NCBI GenBank assembly: GCA_963797555.1
Contig: CAWCPV010000005.1
Span: forward strand, 128,001-192,000
Direction: 5' to 3'
DNA: 64,000 bases
DNA from: an uncultured Gammaproteobacteria bacterium
GTDB taxonomy: Bacteria; Pseudomonadota; Gammaproteobacteria; CAWCPV01
In this document: positions 58,991 to 64,000 of the stretch, piece after piece
How the letters are laid out: each line of letters starts with the position of its first letter
Numbering within the stretch: the first letter of the stretch is position 1
Translations under genes and position numbers: made by a program
The notes under the pieces: model-generated
What the model was told of the DNA's origin: nothing
The model's database searches: none
The model's input: only the letters and a program-made list of their open reading frames with translations

Positions 58991-60301
58991 GTTGCTGAAG
59001 TCCTCCGCGACACGCGTATCACGCTCTTTTAGTTCGGTGATCTTACGGCAGGCGTGTAGCACGGTGGTGTGGTCGCGGCCTCCGAAGGCGTCCCCAATCT
59101 CGGGGAGGCTATGCTCGGTCAGTTCCTTGGCCAGTGCCATGGCCATCTGGCGGGGCCGAGCGAGTGTCCGGACTCGGCTCTTGGAGAGCAGATCGGCTAC
59201 ACGAATTTTGTAATATTCGGCCACGGTCCTCTGGATATTATCCAGGGTGACAAGCTTGTCTTGGACTGCGAGCAGATCCTTGAGAGACTCCTTGGCGAAC
59301 TCCACCGTGATAGGGTTGCCGGTAAACTGGGCGTTGGCTGCGACGCGCCGCAACGCTCCCTCCAGCTCCCGGATGTTGGAGCGAATGCGTTTGCCGATGA
59401 AGAAGGCCACTTCGCTCGGGAGCTTGACTTGAGCGAGGTTGGCCTTGCTCATAAGGATCGCCACTCGTGTCTCGAGCTCCGGAGGCTCGATGGCGACGGT
59501 CAACCCCCAGCCGAATCGCGACTTCAAGCGCTCTTCTAGACCGTGGACCTCCCGAGGATATCGGTCGCAGGTGAGGATGACCTGCTGCTGGCCTTCCACC
59601 AGGGCGTTGAAAGTGTAAAAGAATTCCTCTTGACTGCGTTCCTTCCCTGCAAAGAACTGAATGTCGTCGATGAGGAGCGCGTCTAGAGACCGGTAAAAGT
59701 GCTTAAAGTCGTTGATCGTGTTGTGCTGTAGAGCCTTGACCATGTCGGCGACGAATCGCTCTGAGTGCATGTATGCGATACGACGCGCAGCGTTCAGAAC
59801 ACGAATTTGGTTCCCCACCGCATGCATTAGATGGGTCTTGCCGAGGCCGACACCCCCATAGATCAGTAGCGGGTTGTAGGCGTCCCCGCTGTTCGCGGCC
59901 ACCTGCTGACACGCGGCATGTGCGAGCTGGTTGGATTTTCCTACCACGAACGTGTCGAACGTTAGTTGGGGATTAAGGCTACTGTGCTGTGCGAACGCTG
60001 GGGTGTTGGGCACGCGCACGGTAGCGGGTGGTGCGGTTGGGTCAGGGAAACTGCTGGACGCCCGGCTACCTACCTCCACGACGACATGGATCGTCTCGCC
60101 CCGAACGCCCGACGCGACCTCCGCTATCTGCGGAAGGAAGCGTTCGCTGACCCAGTCCACCACGAAACGGTTGGGAGCTAGCAGACGCAGTCGCGTCTCC
60201 TCCTCAACCGCCTGCAGGGGTCGGATCCAGGTATTGAACTGCTGCGGGGGCAGGTCCATCTCAAGGCGGTCGAGGCACTTCTGCCAGAGCGTCTGACGCA
60301 A
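58967..60301 (-). CDS. dnaA: Chromosomal replication initiator
   Basis: [36 protein letters not shown]. Confidence 0.99.
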   Translation of the reverse strand: MRQTLWQKCLDRLEMDLPPQQFNTWIRPLQAVEEETRLRLLAPNRFVVDWVSERFLPQIAEVASGVRGETIHVVVEVGSRASSSFPDPTAPPATVRVPNTPAFAQHSSLNPQLTFDTFVVGKSNQLAHAACQQVAANSGDAYNPLLIYGGVGLGKTHLMHAVGNQIRVLNAARRIAYMHSERFVADMVKALQHNTINDFKHFYRSLDALLIDDIQFFAGKERSQEEFFYTFNALVEGQQQVILTCDRYPREVHGLEERLKSRFGWGLTVAIEPPELETRVAILMSKANLAQVKLPSEVAFFIGKRIRSNIRELEGALRRVAANAQFTGNPITVEFAKESLKDLLAVQDKLVTLDNIQRTVAEYYKIRVADLLSKSRVRTLARPRQMAMALAKELTEHSLPEIGDAFGGRDHTTVLHACRKITELKERDTRVAEDFSNLWKILSS

Positions 60302-60360
60302 GTTCTTAACCCTTGGCTACGGGGCGCGGGTGGTTCCAAGTGTATACTGCGGACTGGGTC

Positions 60361-60369
60361 TTATCCACA
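60361..60369 (+). promoter_or_regulatory. Perfect DnaA box in the dnaA promoter
   Basis: TTATCCACA ~60 bp upstream of dnaA. Confidence 0.85.
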
Positions 60370-60559
60370 AGCACAACGCTGTGCACGGTTCCTCTCGAAG
60401 TGCCCTGTCAGCGGTCATTCGATAATCCCCACTTCGGGTCACTGAATTTTCCCCACCCTTCCTTTTCGAGGAGGGTAGTTCATGTTGCAAGCAGTAGAGG
60501 TGGTGAAGTCAGTCACTATGCCAGCCCCGGTAGCTGGTAGAGTAGAGAGCTGGTTACTG

Positions 60560-62055
60560 ATGCCGTGGCGACCTGCTCGCGCACCGGCAAGTGCCGCATC
60601 CGCTGCATCAAGTCGCGCAGGCGGGTCAGACTGCGCTGCAGCCGAGTCTTCTCGGTCCGCAGCCCCACCTTGGAAGTGGCCCTTTTGGTTGCGCGTGCAG
60701 TAGAGGGTAAAGCCCAGGAAATAAATGGTCTCCGGGCGTCGCCTCCCTCGCTTGCTCGCATGCGTCTGGGCATAACGACCGAACTCGATGAGCTGGGTCT
60801 TGCTCGGCTCCAGACTCAGGCCGAACTTCCCCAACCGTTTGCCCAGGGCCTCCTGGACGCGCAGGGCATCCTCCCGGCATTGGAAACACAGCACGAAGTC
60901 GTCGATGTAGCGCACCAGGTAGGCTTCGCCCCGCAACCGGGACTTGACCACCCGCTCGAACCACAGGTCGAGCGCATAATGCAGGTACACGTTGCGAAGC
61001 CCCACGCTGATCGACCCCCCTTGCGGTGTCCCCTCCTCGTTCGGACGGCTTTCCCCGGCTTCCAGGATGCCCGCTTTCAGCCAACGCCGTATCAGGCTCA
61101 ACAGGCGCGGATCTCCGACTCGATGCTCGACGAAGCGGAGCAGCCATCCGTGGTCCAGACTCCCGAAGAAGTTCTTCAAATCCGCCTCCAGCACCCAGCT
61201 CACCTTGCGCCCAGCAACCACCTCTAGTAGAGGGTGGCCAGAGCGTGGTGAGGGCTCAACCGAGGTCGTCCACCGAAGGAACACGGCAGGAAATCCGCTC
61301 GTAGATGGCGGACAACACCTGGGCGGCGCTGCGCTGGAGCGCCCGGTCGGCGACACAGGGCACGCCCAGGGGGCGCTTCTCCTGCTTGGCCTCACTTGGG
61401 GATATACACCCGCCGGATGGCCGGTGCACGATACCCCTGGCGGTGCACGGCCTCGAGCATGGGCTCAATCCAGGCCTCGAAGCTCTCCTTCGCCACCGTC
61501 TGGCCATCGACGCCAGGGGCCGAGTCGCTCGGGATGTGACACAGATTCTCCCACACCCGTCCCCCCGTGATATGGCGGGCCAATGAGGTGAAGCGCAGCT
61601 TCGACTTACACCGAGCTTTCGCCGCTATTCGTTCAAGTCCCGTTGCCATGAGGGGTTGCTCTATCTCTTTGCATAGAAGACCGTCTCCTCCCACTGTGTG
61701 GAGCCCATGTTTCCCAAGAAACGACTCACTCTCCGCTGGCCGCTTCCCCCTGTGGCCGGCTCTCCCGGCCTCCGAGTACTATCGGCCAGTCTGACTTCCG
61801 CCAGACTCATCGGGCCGTCCTCGCATGGTTAGCTTGTCGGACCCTACAAGCCTCCGCTTGAACCCGACGGATCTCCCTTGTTCGCATGAAACCCTTCGAC
61901 GCCATGCCGGCGGTACAAACCCCGGAAGCACCCCAGGACACTCGCCAATGCGCGCCCTGGGATTTCGCCTTCCCCATAGAGAGACTGGGTCGGCTGCTTC
62001 GACCACGTTCGATTTCGGGGGCTATGTTCCCGTTCACTTTCGTTCCGGCCTACCG
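60560..62055 (-). mobile_element. ltrA: Group II intron fragment with frameshifted RT/maturase (ORF ~60560-61649)
   Basis: SAPGVDG, RRVYIPK, RPLGVP, LEADLKNFF, GTPQGG, RYIDD, FLGF; ~400 nt ribozyme-like leader; I found no 5' terminus or domains V/VI. Confidence 0.88.
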
Positions 62056-62240
62056 TGACTCGGGCATCACCCAAAAGTAACTGCTCCGCAGCTGCTCGAA
62101 AGTCTCGGAATGCCGCACCAATACTGGCTTTCAGCGATTCATGGCCTCGGTCAACTGCCGAATTTAACGTGAAAGAAGCCGGTTTTTGGGCGTGACGGAG
62201 CCTGGCCGATGAGGGCCATAGGAGGGAGGGGGTGAAGGGT

Positions 62241-63462
62241 TCAGGCGGCGGCTGGCAGGAAGCCGTAGCGGCTGAGGGCCTTGATCCAGCGTGGGGCGTT
62301 GCGTTTCACAAATAGGGCTTCATAGTCAGTGGCCGAATCCCGGTAGTGTTGGCCGCGCGAGAGCATGCAGAAGATGATACGCAACATCTTGTGGGCCAGA
62401 GCGATGATGGCTCGTTTGCGGCCGCGGCGCACCACCAGAGTCTGGAGCTTCGTCTGCAAGGCGCAGCGGGTACGGCTTGCGGCATGGGCGAACTCGCACA
62501 GCAGACGACGCACATAGGGGTTGCCCTTGCGGGTGCGCCCCGATTGGCGCTTGCCGGCCGACTCGTGGTTGCCGGGGCAGATACCCACCCAGGAAGCGAG
62601 CCGCTCGGCATGACCGAAGGCGCTCATGTCGCTACCGATTTCCACCAGCAGCATGGCGGCACCGATGACATTGACCCCTGGTAGGGTCTGCAACAACAGC
62701 AGGCTGTTGGCCTCCTCCTTCAGGCCTTCGAGCAAGCGAGCATCGAAGCGGGCGATGCGGGCTTCGAGCTCCTCGATGTGGCGCATCAATTCATCGAGGA
62801 CGAAGCGATGAGACTCGGTCAGGTCCCCCTGCAGGGCATCGAGCAGCTCCTCGCGGCTCGCCTTCAGCCGGCGGCTGGCCAGGGGGAGGACCTCGTGGGC
62901 AGCAGCCCCCTGGATGAGGGCTTTCAGCATGGCACGGGCCGACTGGCCGTGGATATCGCTCACCACCACCCCCAGGCGGATGCCACCATCGGTGAGCACC
63001 TTGTGCAGCCGGTTCTTCTCCGAGGCAGCCAAGCCCACGAGCTTCTGTCGCTGCCGGGCGATCAGGCGCAGCTCGCGCAGTTTGGCCTTCGGCACGAAGG
63101 AGGCGCGCAACAGAGCGGCGCGAGCCAACATGGCCAGCCACTGGGCATCGCCGATGTCGGTCTTGCGTCCCGGGACCTGCTTGACGTGGCGGGCGTTGAC
63201 CACCTTGGCTTGGATGCCGTGCGCCTTCTAGGGCTGCGTAAGGACTTTTCCAGTAAATGCCGGTGCTCTCCATGACCACCTCCTCCGGGCGAAATCCCGC
63301 GCACCACTCCGCGAACGCCCGGCGGTCTTTCTTGAAGGCACCGAATTGGCGTTGCTCGATGTAGACTTGGCCGTCGGCCTCCTCAAGGATGGCACAGGCG
63401 GTCACTTGCCCCTGATGCACATCCAGACCGATGACACGCTTGAAGATCGCTACCAGTTCCAT
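62241..63462 (-). CDS. IS110-family DEDD recombinase (frameshift ~63225)
   Basis: GLDVH, MESTGIYW, RKTDIGDA, ASWVGICPGNHESAGK, AIIALAHKM. Confidence 0.93.
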
Positions 63463-63469
63463 GTCGTCT

Positions 63470-63714
63470 CCCGTCGCAATACACTCAAGAGATGGGAGAC
63501 GGCGGGTGCCGGACCGAGTGAGCCTGAAGGCGGCAAGCCGCCGACGGCCTGTTTAACGTGCGCTCTGTAGGGAAGCAATCCGGGGTACGAGTCGGTCCGG
63601 CGGGTCACGTTAGGTTGCGGGGTCGAGCCGCCAAAAACTTGCGCGACCTCTTCCCGCCGTCTCCCACCCCACAGCTTCTTTCATCCTCTGGGGTGGCGCC
63701 AGACGCAATGATTG
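63470..63714 (-). ncRNA. IS110 bridge/seek RNA candidate
   Basis: 14-bp and 10-bp perfect stems; 8-nt matches to the target flank and to the element end, each including the TAA core. Confidence 0.8.
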
Positions 63715-63720
63715 TTAGGT

Positions 63721-64000
63721 TGAACCCCTCCGACTCCCAATACGGCCCGTTGCGACTTCGGTTGCCCTTATACGCACCGGCTGACCTTCCTCTCCAGCCA
63801 CCGCATTGGGCCTCCCGCACTTGACTCGCGTATCTTCCGTCACATGCCGCCCCTGCTACCCCGGGAGACCCCAGACCCGCTTCCGTTTGCTCCAGGACCT
63901 AAGGTGGCAGCCTTCCCCATCTGACCAAAAGGTCGGCGTCTCCAACTCGATGACGAGGCTACTTCTAGGTTCGCCCGCGCTGCGGCCTGCAACTTCGCCC
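63721..64000 (-). mobile_element. Second group II intron fragment (ribozyme 5' region), continues off the window
   Basis: Same ordered motifs as the 61780-62050 leader: GACT(T/C)CC, CATGCCG, CCCCGG, GCCTTCCCCAT..GGTCGGC, GGCTA..GTTC..CGGCCT. Confidence 0.65.

Larger units (their letters stand above)
62164..63717 (-). mobile_element. IS110-family element
   Basis: No terminal inverted repeats; TAA core repeated at both junctions (62164-62166, 63715-63717); ~250-bp structured upstream non-coding end. Confidence 0.85.

Noticed and set aside
60439-61649. Reverse transcriptase as a retron, DGR or defence RT
   Set aside because: It has group II intron maturase motifs and an intron-like leader; no msr/msd, TR/VR pair or partner gene seen

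Overview
High-GC gammaproteobacterial chromosome segment covering the replication origin (dnaA-oriC-dnaN-gyrB). Housekeeping blocks: hemH, bioFHCD, an A-family cox cluster, hisBHAFI(E)-HIT-tatABC and coaBC-dut-PMM/PGM-argB. A respiratory locus combines a B-family (ba3-type) oxidase operon, diheme c4 and CcoI ATPase with a divergent ~800-aa seven-CxxCH cytochrome, a PPIase, TlpA and an inverted OmpA-OmpW fusion. Accessory DNA includes secreted unknowns, an Mrr/MazEF islet, IS630, IS3, ISNCY, IS1380, IS91 and IS110 elements and two group II intron fragments. Main observations: (1) an IS110 non-coding end whose guide segments match its own insertion site and ends (bridge/seek RNA); (2) recF deleted to a 12-codon scar that keeps a perfect parS; (3) the multiheme/ba3/OmpA-OmpW locus; (4) decay of recF, radC, comF, hisE and ctaG. 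Many single-base frameshifts may be sequencing errors. All family calls come from motif recognition, with no database search.
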